Positions 48,831 through 62,775 of a DNA stretch of 64,000 nt are shown here, piece by piece. The translations under genes and the position numbers were made by a program. Numbering within the stretch: the stretch's first letter is position 1; each line of letters begins with the position of its first letter. The notes under the pieces are model-generated. The model saw nothing but the letters and a program-made list of their open reading frames with translations. It was not told the origin of the DNA and did not search any database. Source of the DNA: Eledone cirrhosa (lineage: Eukaryota); assembly GCA_964016885.1 (NCBI GenBank), contig OZ024744.1, positions 55,304,001 to 55,368,000 on the forward strand. Reading direction: 5' to 3'.

Positions 48831-50745
48831 CAATGGTTTCTTTATTGGCCACTAGAGCTAACATGAAGAAAAACATTACAGACGGCACAGAACGGTACAG
48901 GATGATACAAAGTGGGTTTTGACCATGTAAAAAGAATATAACAAGATAGAAACGTGTAAAAAAAAATTTAAAAAAAAATTCAAACCTTCCCCAAAAAGGG
49001 TGAAACCTCCGATGGTCACTCGTGGTGAAAACCACACAAAAGACCACGACCATCCTGACCACCAGGGTCTCTCCGAGAACGTCATCGCTCTTCCCCACCA
49101 TTAGTACTCTATAGAATGCTGAGGTGGATGTTCCACCGATATCAGTGCCCAGCTGGTAGAGGGCGGTGAGCGCTTGGAGACATTCCAGTGTCCAAGCGCT
49201 ATCCCTCGGTCTTTTCCTGACCCAGGACTGCAAGGAGATTAGCTGGGGAAAGCGCGTCTGGCAAACGGCGACCACACCTGTTCACTGTCAAGGAAGCACC
49301 AGAGATGTCGCAGCCACAGCGCATGTTTGTGCATCATCAGCCACGGCATGCCTAGTCCTCCACGCAATGGGTGTTGATAGCAGATGGATCGTCTGACCAT
49401 GGGAGCACGTCCCTTCCACAAAAAGCGGAAGAGAAGGCGATCCATTTTGGTCAGAGTTGGGCGGTGGCAGGGTACGACGGTCAGGCGGTAACAGATGATG
49501 GACGCGATGTACGCATTCGTCACCTCCACCCCACCTTTCAGAGACAACCTCCTCTTGGCCCATTTCTGGGTGAGAGAGGCCACCCTGCTCGCCAAGTCCA
49601 GTTTTTCTGGAGGTCCGGACCAAACCAGACTCCTACCAATTTAACTGGTCCTTCCGTCCAGCGCCCAGCCACGCTGTCGGATGGCATTGACTTGCCTCTC
49701 CAGGTGCCAAGCTGCAAGCCCACCGACTTTTCCTAGTTTATCTTTGCTCATGTCACCGCTTTGTATTCCTTGAGAGCGCTGCCGAGCATCTGGACATGTC
49801 TGGTACTCGACACCACCACGGTGACGTCGTCGGCGTAAGCTGACACGGATCTCCCGCATCCCAGTTCGCGTGGGACCCTCCTCATTGTCTCCAATTTGTG
49901 CAGTAACGGCTCGAGGGTCAGTACATACAAGAGGGACGAGAGGGGGAAACCCTGGCAGACCGAGTGCATGATGCTGAACAGCTGTGACAGGTGAGCATTC
50001 ACCTTCACAATCAAGCAGATGTTGCTGTGCATTGCAGCAATCCAGCCCTTAAAAACGGGCCCAAAGCCGGCTGCCTCAAGGACCACAGCCAGGTACCAAT
50101 GGTCGACCCTATCGAATACTTTAGATTTATCCAAGTTGAGCAGGGCCCCACCCATGCCAGCTCCCTTAACCACCTCTCTATGATGTATCGCATGAGATGG
50201 AGGTTGTTGTGGATGGATCTGTCTGGAATAGCGCATGTCTCTACCTCTCCCACCAGATCACCAACGACAAGCGCCAATCCCTTTGCTAACACCTTGGCCA
50301 AAATCTTAAACTCTGCGTTTAGCAGAGTTATGGGCCTGAAGTTTTCTATAACGTCCCCCTTGTTTGAGTCTTTTCTCAGCAGCGCCACCGCTCCCCGGCT
50401 CACACAACTGGGAATGCTTCCATTCTACTACCAGTTGCAGTAGTCGTCTGCAAAGAGGTCGCCAAACAAGTCTGGCATGTACGCGTAAAGTTCGTAGGGC
50501 AGACCTGGCGATTTACCACTCGTGCAGTCAGACATCGCTTCCCGTATTTCACCGGCTGTTATCGGCTTTTCGCAACACTGTGCTGCGGTCGTCGAGAGCC
50601 GCGGCAGTCGATCGATGTATGCACCGAAGTCCACACTCCGATCCGGCCCACTACTGCTCCTGAACAATTGAGCAAAGTGCTGTTGAAAAACCTCACACAT
50701 CTGCTCGGGTTCGAGCAACATGCGCCCATTTTGATCAGGCAAACG
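48781..50745 (-). mobile_element. Tx1 copy D, 5'-truncated, internal deletion near 49068
   Basis: NFRPITLLN, AYADD, FLWKG; (AAT)n at both ends. Confidence 0.93.
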
Positions 50746-53700
50746 ATAATAATAATAATAATGATTTCTTTATTAACCACAAGGGTTTACATAAAGTAGA
50801 CATTAAGGACAACACAGGACAATACAGGATGGTACAAATGGGCATTTCTGCGTGTAAAAAAATACGATTTCAGAGGATGTAACAAAAAAAAGAAACAACG
50901 AAAAATTCCCAATGGGGGGAGACTTCCGAGACTCGCTCGTGGAGAAAGCCCACAAAAAAGCCACGGTTACCCTGACCACTAGGGCAAGTGCCCTCTTCCA
51001 GTTTTTCTCCTCCGATGCTACAGGCACACACTCAGGGTAGGCCCATTCACACAGGCCATTCTTGACTCTCTCACCCACCTTTCAACAAACTGGCTGGAGG
51101 TCAGCACTTCCCTCTCCACCCTGATTTTCCTTTTCAGGTGAAACCTGAAAAGTTAATGAGGGTGTCACCGAAGAGGAAAGTACCCGTCTTCAACCCTTTC
51201 AGACGCATCCACCATATGATCTCTTTTACCAATGCCACCAGGCAGATAAAAACTCCCTGCCCTTCCCGGCTAAAGGACGGCGGTGGAGTAATCCTCACGA
51301 TGGACTCAGCTGATAGCCAGATCCATCCTACATGCAACAGCAGGTGTTCAACATAAACCCACAAGTCAGCAATGCTCAGACACTGGACGAGTGCATGCAG
51401 GGTGGTTTCGTCACCCTGCGTGCACCTCGGACAGACCCGGCTGACAGCACTTCCATGCCTGTAGAGTTTATCCCGAACTAGCAAGGTTCCTCGGTAGCAC
51501 TGCCAGGCCAGGGATTTCTGGAAGTTGTCCATGGGCCCCGGCCTGAAAGTTCTCACAAAGAGATTGGTTAGTTGATTTTCATCGACGCTCAGAGTCTCCC
51601 CAAGGATGTCATCACTCTCCCCCCCCCCTAACCGTCTATAGAACGCCAAGATGGAGTTTCCACTGATCGCATCACCCAACTGGTCGAGGACTGTAAGTGC
51701 CTGAAGACATTCCAGTCTCCAAGCGCTCTCTTTCGGTCTTCACTTGACCCAGGACTGCAGCTCCGTCAAGGAGACGAGCTGGGGAAACACACATCTAACA
51801 AATGGCGACTATACCTGATCACCGTCGATGAAGAGGTGGAGATGCCGTAGCCTGAGCGCGTGTCTGTGCATCATCAGCCACAGCATGCCCAGCCCTCCAC
51901 ATAGCGGGTGTTGACAGCAGATGGACCGCCGAACCATTGCAGTCAGGCGAGGCTTAGGACAAGGCCTGACGGTCAGGCGGTAGATGATGGATGCAGCATA
52001 TGCGTTCACCACCTCCGCTCGACCTTTCAGGGATAGCTTCCTCTCGGCCCATTTCTGGGTGAGAGAGGACACCCTGCTCATCCCCTCGTCCCAGATTTTG
52101 TCCGTCTGGAGGTCCGGAGTGAACCAGACTCCTAGCAATTTAACTAGTCCGTCCATCCAGCACCCGACGAGACGGTGTGACAGAATGGACCTGCCTTTCC
52201 AGGTGCCAAGCTGCAGGCCTACTGATTTTTCCTAGTTGATCATTGCTCCTGTCACCGCCTCATATTCTCCTAGTGTAGTGCCAATCGTCTCGATGTGTTG
52301 GGTGTTCGACACCACTACGGTGACGTCGTCGACATATGCTGACACAGTTCTTCTGCATCCCAGTTCGCGCGGAATTCACCGTCAATGTCTCCAGTTTGTG
52401 CAGTAATAGCTCAGGAGTCAATATGTACAACAGTGCGAGAGGGCATGAGAGTGAACGGTCAACTTTTGGAACCGTTCAGCATGATGTTGAACGGTTCCAA
52501 AAGGTGACCGTTCACTCTCACCACAGAGCAGATGTCGCTGCGCCTGGCAGTGATCCAGCCTCTGAAGACGGACCTAAAGCCAGCCGCCCTCAGTACTGCC
52601 ACCAGATAATGATGGTCACCCTATCGAAAGCTTTCGACTGATCTAAATTGATCAAGGACCACCCGTGCCATGTTCCCTAGCTACCCTCTCCACAATGTAT
52701 CACATGAGGTGGAGGTTGTCCTGGATGGATCTGTCTGGAATGGCGCATGTCTGCGCCTCTCCCCCTAGACCACCGACGACAAGTGCCAACCCCTTTGCTA
52801 GCACCTTGGCCAAACTCTTGAACTCTGTGTTTAGCAGAGTTATGGGCCTGAAATTAATTATGTTATCCCCCTTGTTTGGATCCTTTCTCAGCAGCACCAC
52901 AGCTCCTCGACTCACAGAGTTGGGAATTCTCCCGTTCTGCTGCCAGTTGCAGTTGACATCCGCCAAGAGCTCTCCAAACAAGTCTGGCATATGTACATAA
53001 AGTTCGTAGGGCAGACCATCCAAACCAGGTGATTTACCCATTGTGCAGCCATCATTGCCTCCCGTACTTCAGTGGCTGTTATCGGCTTTTCGCAACATTC
53101 CGCCTCAGTGGTCAAGAGCCGTGGAAGTCCGTTGAGGTATGCACTAAAATCCATCCCGCCGTCACCCCAAAAGTTGCTGAAAAGCCGCACACATTTGCCC
53201 ATGATCGAGTAACATGTGCCTGTCGTAGTCCGCCAAAGACCGGATCGTGGCTTTGTTGCCACGACGCGCCTCTGCCACCCGGGCCCATTGAACGGCTTTT
53301 GTCCCCTCGTGTCTGAGAGCACGCGTCCTAACTCTGACAACACAACCTTCGTGCTTTGCGTTGAAAAATTGGTTCAGAGCCAATTTCGCTGCAAGCACGT
53401 CGGTCGCGATGCCTTTACTAAGCGCCTCATCTAATTTGCTAACTAGTTCTCCCTCTGCTCTATTTTTCTCTATTGCTAACACCTTACTAAACCTAATGGA
53501 CTCTATTCTAATCGCCCTTTTCAGGGCAAACCACCATTTGTTGTTGACAATGGCCCCCGTCAATGCCCGCTTAACTAATTTGCTAATCCGGGCTCTGTAA
53601 GCTTTGCGGGCTGTTAACGACGCATTTAACTTCCAGTAGCCGGGTCCCTGTCTATGAAGCCTATCTAAGTCAACCACAAAGATCCGTGTAGTTCAATTGT

Positions 53701-56105
53701 GGGCAGCCTATGCTAGACCTATCTATTTCCCTACAAAAAACCCTATCTAGATATGATCTGGATGACCCGATGCGGTTTGTCCAAGTCCACATTGGCATAT
53801 TCGGGAAATCCAAATGGTACCTGTCAGACAGTTGTCAGCAGGTTTGCGAGGCTTTTACACCCTCCTCTCCTATCCGCTAATCCCACACAGTCCCAGCGTG
53901 CATCTAAGATCCTGTTCCAGTCACCCACTAACATTAAAGAGTGGGACATTCCAAGAAAGGTCTCCATACGCCGGAAGAAGTCAGGCCGTCCTGCTCCTGT
54001 TGGGGCATAGACGACCACTAGTCTGAAAGTTTGCTCTTCTCTGCTGGTCACGTCCAGCACCACCAACTTACCTTCTGGGTCCAAGAAGACGGCCTGTATC
54101 TCTAGATCCAGACATCTCCGGAACAACACAGCCACTCCCCACCAGATCCTGGATGGCTTGGAGATGTGTACACCTCGTAGCCTCCAAAAATTTGTTGGGG
54201 TGATTTCAATTATTTTTATGTGGGGGGGGGGGGGCAATTTTGGTGGTCTGTACGTAGTTTGTTTCTGTGATGTTGGTGTGGTGGTGAATGTAATTTAAAA
54301 GCTTTGTGTTGTCTGTGTCTATGGCTGTTTGTTGTGTCTGCTGTTGGGGTGTTGGTGCTTTCTGTGTTTGCTGTGGTGTTGTTGGAGGTGACAATGGGGT
54401 AGATACTAATGGTGGTGGTGGTGCTGGTTGTGGTGGTGGTGGTGGTGGTGGTGGTGATGGTGTAGCTGTTGATGGTGGTAGAGGAGGTGGAGTCGTTTTC
54501 ATTTTCTTTTTGGAGTTTCTTTCTTCCTCTTTTTGGAGGGTGAAGGTAGGGAGTTCTTCCTTTTTTTTTTGCTGGGATAGTTTTCCATCCTTCAGTCTCA
54601 TCACACTCCTTGTCCAATTTAGTAATATCGGGAAGGGGCATGCTCGCCATTGGTTCTGATGGTGGTGGAGGAGATTGTGTTTTTGTTGTTGGTGATAGTG
54701 ATTTTTCTTCTGCCCCTGTGGTCTTGGTTGGTTTGTCCACTCCAGTCGCGGTCACGGCGTAGGGAGTTTGGGGCAGAAGGCCTTAAGGTGCGTCTTGTCA
54801 CCGCACCCATGACACCTTGGGCGCCTACCTTCGACAGTCACGGGTAGATGGCTGTCATTGTCCAGGTCTATCACATCAGGGATGGCCTTGATGCTCTCAT
54901 GGTCTGCTTGGATGATTAGCTCCATCCCCAACCCTGTCCAATTCTCCTGTCTTATCCGCATGACATTGAGGATAGTTGTTGATTCCTCGACATCAGCAAG
55001 GACGGCCGCCATCAGCCACACAATCTCCACTGAGGATGGGACCTGGGTTACTCGAACCCTCACGACTCTCTGGCCGCAGTATGTGGGCGTCATTATTATT
55101 TCGTCACTGCGGAGTGGAGCAATGGAGTGTGCTTTGGCTTCTTCCGGTGTAGCAAAGAGCACATCCACAGTGCCATACCGCGATCCTCTGGCTATGTATG
55201 TTTTCTGTGCCCAGACAGCACCCATAGCCCTTTGGATCTGCGACTCCATTGCCCCTTCAGCTTGACACGATTTTAATCCAATTGTGCGATAACTGACCGA
55301 ACACAAAAGCTTGTTTTTCAATATAATAGCTGGGTGGGTGAGACCGTGTGTCCGGTCTTTTTAACCAAGATCTTGGCTTGCTTTATCTTCATGTTGCTAA
55401 TGTGTACTCGTTCTACATTTTTTTAGGCTTTTGCAAACGATGTCGTTTCCATTTGCTGTGCTGACTCATCACTAGCCTTGTCTTTGTTGTTCTTGTTGTT
55501 CTTGTTGGTGGTGGTGGTGGTCTTGTTAGTTTTTTTTTCTTATGTTGCTGCTGTTACAGTTGTTGCTCCCTGGGTTCTTTATGGCTGTTGCTGCTGTTGT
55601 TATTAAGGTGAAGGTGTCGGTGGTGCCTGTTGATCCTTGTAATGATGGAAAGTTTTTGTAGTAGTTTGGACGCTGCGCTGCTGCTGCTACTGTTCAAGTG
55701 GCTGCTGCTGCTGTTGACACCGCCACTACCACTGTTGCTGCTGCTGTTGTTGTCACCGCCACTGCCACTGTGGCTGCTGTTGTTTCTGTTGTTTTTGTCT
55801 CTGCCTTGTGATTGGACGAAATTGGCTGTTCCACCCTCCAGACAACCCGCTGTTCCTCCCTGTGGACAATTCTTTTCGTCCGCCATGTTTTTTTTTAAAC
55901 AAAAAATTGAGGAGTATGATTGTAAAAAAATTCAAATTCAGCCTTTAAGGGCACGAGATACAGTTAAAAAAAACCACCTCCTTTGAAAGAGGGGTTCTTT
56001 AGCTAGACAACAATGTAAAAATTACTATATAACAATTTCAATAAAGTCATAAATGTTAACTGACTTACTCCGTCGTAGTTACACAAGTCTCGAGAGATTC
56101 AGCAC
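50746..56105 (-). mobile_element. Tx1 copy E, full span (ORF1 from ATG 55886), decayed, ORF1/ORF2 junction deleted near 54200
   Basis: ORF1 YGTVDVLFATPEEA (RRM-like), CHGCGDKTHLKAFC; ORF2 EN/RT motifs. Confidence 0.93.
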
Positions 56106-56148
<43 letters not shown>

Positions 56149-57081
56149 TTTTCTTTATTAACCACAAGGGTTTACATAAAGTAGACATTAAGGACAGTAC
56201 AGGACAATACAGGACAGTACAAATGGGCATTTCTGCGTGTAAAAAAAACAGCGGATGAAATAAAATAACAAAGAAAAATTCCCCAATAGGGGGGAGACTT
56301 CCGAGGGACATTTGTGGAGAAAGCCCATTAAAAGACCACAGTGGCCCTGACCACCAGGGCAAGTGCCCTCTCCCAGTTTTCCACCTTTAATTTACAGACA
56401 CATACTCAGAGAAGGCCCATTCATTCGGGCCATACTTGCTTCTCTCACCCATCTTTCAACAAAATGCTGGGAAGAGAGCACTTCCCTCTCTACCCTGATT
56501 TTCCTTTTCAAATGAAATCTGAAAAAGTTAATCAGGGCATCACCAAGGGCATCATGCTCGTCTTCAGCCCTTTCAAGCGTGTCCACCATACTATCTCTTT
56601 CGCCATGGCCACCAGACAGATAAAAACTGCCTGCTCTTCCCGGCTAAAGGAAGAGGGCGGGGCAATCCTCACGATGGACTCAGCTGATAGCTGGATCCGT
56701 CCTACACGTGACAGCAGGTGTTCGACATAAACCCACAAGTCAGCAATGCTCGGACACTGGACGAGTGCGTGCAGGACGGTTTCGTCGCCCTGCGCGCATC
56801 TCGGACATGCCGGCTGACGGCACCTCCATGCCTGTAGAGTTTATCCCGAACTGGCAAAGCTCCCCGGTAGCACTGCCAGGCCAGGGATTTCTGGAAGTTG
56901 TCCATAGGCCCCGGCCCGAAAGTCCTTCCGAAGAGATTGGCTAGTTGATTTTCGTCGACGCCTAGAGTTTCTCCAAGTACGTCATTACTATTCCCCTCCA
57001 CTAATCCTCTATAGAACGCCAAGGTGGAGTTTCCACCGATCACATTGCCCGATTGGTCGAGGGCTGTGAGCGCCTGAAGAC
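56106..57081 (-). mobile_element. Tx1 copy F, 3' 1 kb, closest to copy A
   Basis: High visual identity to 17603-18552; (AAT)n on both sides (57082-57111). Confidence 0.93.
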
Positions 57082-57535
57082 AATAATAATAATAATAATA
57101 ATAATAATAATTGTAATGAGAATCCAGGCGACGTCACCGTCACCAGTAAAAGCTCTAATTACTTCTCCGCTCATCTGTAATCTCGTCGCCATCTCCTTAC
57201 TCCTGCGGTAAGTAACAAATAACAGAACCCTCTCTGTTTTCCAGTAGCTTTGTCTTAAAAAAAAATTCTTCCTTTTTTTAATTTTTTCAATTGTAAGTGT
57301 TCAGATGCCGAAATAGCTTGTAATGAGAAAGCTACTACACTTACCGCAATTCTGCTAGCTCACTCAGCGAGCTAGCCTCATCCACGTGGGTATAATCCGT
57401 TTGTCGCGGGTCACAGCCGAAAAAGAGGGCCCCCAGATCCTCCTGGGTACACATCTCACGTCGCTTTCTCTTCCGCCTCCGGTCAATCGTCCCCAGCTTC
57501 CGGTCACCTCCTCCACACCACCACACCATCCCCAC

Positions 57536-57642
57536 AATAATAATAATAATAATAATGTTTCTACTTTTGGCACAAGGCCAGCAATTACCCCAGTACATAA
57601 CTGGTACTTTATTTTATCAACCCCGTAAGGATGGCGGGCAAA
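57536..57642 (-). mobile_element. Truncated ATT-tailed SINE between (AAT)n tracts
   Basis: (AAT)n-GTTTCTACTTTTGGCACAAGGCCAGCAA. Confidence 0.85.
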
Positions 57643-57865
57643 ATAATAATAATAATAAAAAGGACAATTTGTTATGTTTTCATTACGTTTATTGAATAGT
57701 GACGCACGTGTTTCGCTATCAATCAGCTCAAGGTTTGATCTATATTGATCTATCCTGACTCTGCAATCAAAAGCTCGTTGAACTTCTGTTGTAATGATAG
57801 AATGAATCTCTGAGGGCTTTAAAATAGTATATAACAATTCACATTCATTTATGGTGGTCAATTTA

Positions 57866-58033
57866 CCGTATTTACCAGCGCCGAAGACGCTTCATCCTCA
57901 AGGATGCACCCTAATATTGTCAACCAAAAATTGGAATAAAAATAATAAACAACCTTCGGCCTCCAGGACGCATGGTAGATTTTTGAAACTTATTTTAGGA
58001 AAAAAGTAGCGTCTTTGACGCCGGGAAATACGG
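57866..58033. mobile_element. Tc1/mariner (pogo-like) MITE, 168 bp
   Basis: TA TSD; ~26-bp imperfect TIR CCGTATTTACCAGCGCCGAAGACGCT / AGCGTCTTTGACGCCGGGAAATACGG. Confidence 0.8.
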
Positions 58034-58176
58034 TAAGTTTGTTTTGATTGGTGGTTTTGCTAGAAGGAATGTTTGGGTATGTGTGATAGGTGAGTGGGAG
58101 GATTATAATGATGAAATAGTGAGAGAGAGATGGTGGCGGGAAACAATGGTTACAATCCCTATATATATATATATAC

Positions 58177-61100
58177 ATCATCATCATCATCGTTTAATGT
58201 CTACCTTCCATACTAGCATGGGTTAGATGGGATTGTCCCACTTGAGGCAAGATTGGTTGGGTAACCATGTCTCACTCGTATAGAACTGTTTCTGGCTGGT
58301 TTTCTACGACTGGATGTCCTTCCTAACACCAACCACATTTACAGTGTAGACTGGGAGCCTTTTTTACCATGTCTTCTACACGACCACCTTACAGTGTGGA
58401 CTGGATGTTCTGTGGTACCAACATAACTTTACAAAGAAAGGGTGGTGTGGATGAAAGTGGGAGAATGGAGTAGGGTGTGTGGGTGAGGTTGTATATTGGG
58501 TTAAGAGGTGCCTGCTGACTGTATGTTTAAGTTCATATATAAGAGAAGGTGGGTCATCTGTATTACTGCATAGCATAGCACCAAAGATTTTGATCCAGTG
58601 ACATTGACTTAGAGACAGGTAAGTGTTCAAGGTCAGTTTTCATTACCTCATCCCAGGTTTTTCTGGGTCTTCCATCAATTTTGATTGCCCTGCAATTTTT
58701 TATACAGCTGTCATCCTTCATACACATCACATGACCATACCAACGTAATCTCCTTTCAAGTAAACTGCATCTGATCCTCTTATTCCTAATTTCTCACTTA
58801 GTTCATTTACGTTTTTCCGTTTGTGTATAGTACTATTACACATCCATCAGATCATGCAAGCTTTGTTCCTTTCCAATCTCCTCAGATCCTTTAGACACAA
58901 TCTCCAAGTCTCAAGCATCATACAATTTACCTTTCCTTTTTAGAGAGAAACCTTTTGTGGCCAACAGCAGTATTAGCTCTGAACTTTTTCCATTACGTTC
59001 TAACTCTGGCTACTGTAGTTTCAGAACACCCTCCTCCATGGCTGATTTTGTCACCCAGGTAACAGAAAGTGTCCACTATTCCTATAGAACCATCTGGGTA
59101 GATGAAGGAGCTAGTATCCAGTGGGCACTTGCTACTTACTGAACCTGAACATCAGCCACATATAAAATCTACATTCTTTGATAGCTTGCCTGTGATCCCA
59201 CTACATCTTTTATGTACCCATAGTTTTCATTTTGGGCATAGAAGGGAATTTCTACCTACTCCTTTCCAACACACTTTCCTGGGGTACCTGTGCTCTATTT
59301 TGTGTAGGAAACATACTAGAACTTTAGTCTTAGACAAGTTAACTTTAAGCCCTTTTGATTCTAAGCCATGCATCCATGTTTAGAATTTCTTCTCTAATTC
59401 AGCCATAGATTCAGCTATGAGAGTTAGATCATCTGCATATAGAAGTTCCCATGGGCAGCCAGTCTTAAACCCTTCTGTTATAGTCTGTAGGACAATAATA
59501 AATGGAGCCTACTTTTATGCTAAATTCTTCACTATATTCATTGTTAATTCTAACCTTGCTAACTGTTTCTCTATACATGGCTTGTATAGCTCTCACAAGC
59601 CATTCATCTACTCCTAGTTTTCTAAGGGCCCACCAGATAATGGAGCGGGCGACTCTGTCAAAGGCTTTCTCCAAGTCAACAAAAGCTAAGTAGAGGGGTT
59701 TAAACTACTTCTCCTGTAGTATCCAGACACGAAAAAGAGCATCTGTGGTGCTTTTACCTGGCACAAACCCAAATTGCATTCCATCTAGATCAATTCGCTC
59801 TCTGATTAGTTGCGCTATAACTCTTTCTGTGACCTTCATGACCTGGTCAACTAACTTAATGCCTCTATAGTTTCCCCTATCTATGGCATCTCCTTTACCC
59901 TTGTAGCAGTTAATGATGATGCTGCTACACCAGTCATTTAGTATGACCCCATTCTGTATTACTTGGTTTACTATCCAGGTGACCATAGTATGTCCCACCA
60001 TTCCAGATGCTTTCAACATCTCAGCAACTATCTCCAAAAGCCCAGCTGCCTTGCCTGTCTTCATATCTTTCATTGCCTTACTTATTATACTACCATTAAC
60101 TTGTACCACTGATCCCCCTATTGAATTGATTTGGGGCAGACTATCTTTATCCCACTTATTCTCCTCATTTAGTAATCTCTAGTAGTGACACTTCCAAGCT
60201 ACCTTCTTATCAGTATCAGTGAGAGCAAGTACACCATCATCATTAGGGCACACTTCTCCTCGACAATATCACAATTTTCCTTGACACATTGTCTCATAAT
60301 CCTGAATGTAGAACATGCTTGAACTTTCTATCCTCTGCTTCCCTTCTTGCAAAGTACACTTGTCGCCTAGCTTCTCTCCTAGCCACCTGATAGTGTTCTC
60401 TACTTCCTCCATCCCGCCATTCTTTCCAAGCCTGCTTTTTGGCCTTGATTGTCTCCTCCACCTTACTGTTGCAGCACCAAGTTACTCTCCTCCTGCCTAT
60501 AGGTCTGCTCCAGCCACAGATTTCAGCTGTCGCCTTCAGCAGGTTATCTTTCAGGAATTCCCACTGTTCCTCTATATTGTATGACTCTAATTGCTCTTCC
60601 TTACTATCAAAAGCATCAAGTATATGCTTTTAAATTTGTTACTGACTGTGGGGTCCTTCAACTTCCGTATTCTTTTCAAGGTAGTCTTCTGTTGTCGAGT
60701 ACGTCTCATCCTCACTATGAGGTCACTAACTATTAGGCTATGTTGAGAGGTGCATTCTTCACTAGGGAGGGACTTAGAGTTTACAACAGACACTCTGTCA
60801 CATCTTCTAGTAAGGTTAAAATCTATCTGGCTGGTGTGCTCCCCTGATCTATAGGGGATCAAGTATTATCTCGTTTTTTGAAGTTTGTGTTACAGATAAT
60901 TTAGCATCAAGTTATTAGCATCACAGAATTCCAAGATCCTGAAGCCTTCCTCATTTCTAGTACCAGCCCATAACATCCATGGATTCTGTCCTAGCCATCA
61001 CAATGTTGTCCAACATGACCATTAAGGTCACCAGCAATAATTATGTAGTCAATGTCGGTTATTTGGGAGGTAGTGAACATTAGTGACTCATAGAACCTGC

Positions 61101-61700
61101 CTTTTATAACGTCTTAGACCAGATTGGGGTGCATAAGTGGATATTAGTGACACAGTTATTCTATTTAGAACCAGTCTTATTTTAATTATTCTGCAATTCA
61201 CTCTATTTACGGCAATTACCTTATCTACCCATTTTTCAGCTAACATAATTCCAACACCACCCAGCCTGGTATCACATCCCATCCAAAACGTTTATAACAT
61301 TGTTTTTACCCACAATGAATCGAGCAGAGCCACCCCTCCACCTAATCTCAAACATCAACTTCCTTACGTCCAAGCATCTCTACAACCTTATTTGAGTAAC
61401 CTTTCAATATGCCTACATTCGTGGTATCAACTCTGAAGTTTTGGAGTTTGCTGGGAGAGAGGAAGGGATGGGATGGGGGCACAGGGAGGGGTGTGGGAGA
61501 TGGAATTATGTTGGTCTTGGTCTTCTATGTCTGAAATAAGGAGGAGTTCTTGCATGCTTGCCTGGAGATCAGAGATGGGAGGGGAATTTCTCTTTTGCGT
61601 CATTGTGAGTGCTCAGACTCTCCAACTCCGTAGTCCATTTATCATACCGAACAACAACCAGGTCTAAGCTTAAGGAGTAGCGGCTTTGCGATAGAGATTT
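58177..61700 (-). mobile_element. Near full-length decayed RTE LINE (5' UTR, EN, RT, 3' UTR, tail)
   Basis: GGVGIML..STYAPQSG, SQIDF, SQH; NYRGIKL, QFGF, EKAFDRV; (CAT)n next to (TA)n. The 5' boundary is approximate. Confidence 0.88.
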
Positions 61701-62461
61701 GTGTTAGAAACCTTACTATAAACCGCTGAGTTTTGATTGAACTAAATAACTATGATGGTAAGTGGGGGTGGGCGGGAGGGAAATGGGTAACTTTTGGAGA
61801 TGTAAGCTTATGTTCAAACATGTGAGAGATAAAAAAATGATAACAATAAGTATGGACAGAACGAAATTCCAAGAGAGAAAAGTTAGTTAGATTCTAGAAC
61901 AATCTATATACACACACACATATATATATATATAGTAATAATAGATGTGAAGACTAAAATCCAAAGAGGGTTCAATAACAATTATATATATATATGAATA
62001 TATATAAAAATCCGTAGAGCAATTATTTCCTTCGGTTGTAATATTTTTCAAAATATTTAATTATGCTTCCGCAGATTGATTCTTTTAGTTTCAGAAGATC
62101 CCATTAAGGGTGAAAGCAACGATTCTTTGCTTAAACTTTAATCTGTTATTTTAATAAATAAATAAATATATATATATATATATATACACATATATATATA
62201 TGCTACCATATAAAATGGACGTTAAATGATGATGATGATGATGATATATATACACCCACACGCAGGTAGGGTATTGATTATCCTTACTAACTTACTTCCA
62301 AGTAAGTTAGTAAGCTGAATACAATTCACGTCAGTATACAAAATATTGCTCATTTGCAAGCACCACATACCCATATCCATTATTAGGTTTCTTTGTAATC
62401 AGTAAGCTAATTATGGCCCACGGTCATGATTATACCTCGCTCTATGTACATATATATATGC

Positions 62462-62775
62462 ACATCATCATCACCTTTTTATGTCCGTTCTTCCACGCTA
62501 GCATGGGTTAGACGGGTTGTCCTGTTGTGGGCAGTGTCCGGTCGGCTGACCATGCCTTGCTCATACGGGAACTGATTCTGGCTTGATTTAGACCAACAAT
62601 TTTTAGAGGAGGGGAAAGTCGATTACATCAATTCCAGTGTGTTACTGGTACTTTATTTTATCGACCCTGTAAAGATTTAAAACAAAGCTAATCTTGGCAG
62701 GATTTGAACTCAGAAGGTAAATGGTCATAACTATATGCCGCAAAGCATGTTATCTAATGCTCTACTGACATTACC
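62462..62775 (-). mobile_element. RTE-tail element fragment joined to a diverged SINE
   Basis: (CAT)n..CATGGGTTAGACGGG; GGATTTGAACTC; TACTGGTACTTTATTTTATCGACCC. Confidence 0.7.

Noticed and set aside
43044-57111. Telomeric retrotransposon array
   Set aside because: No (TTAGGG)n is present and ordinary interspersed repeats lie on both sides; the resemblance is architectural only
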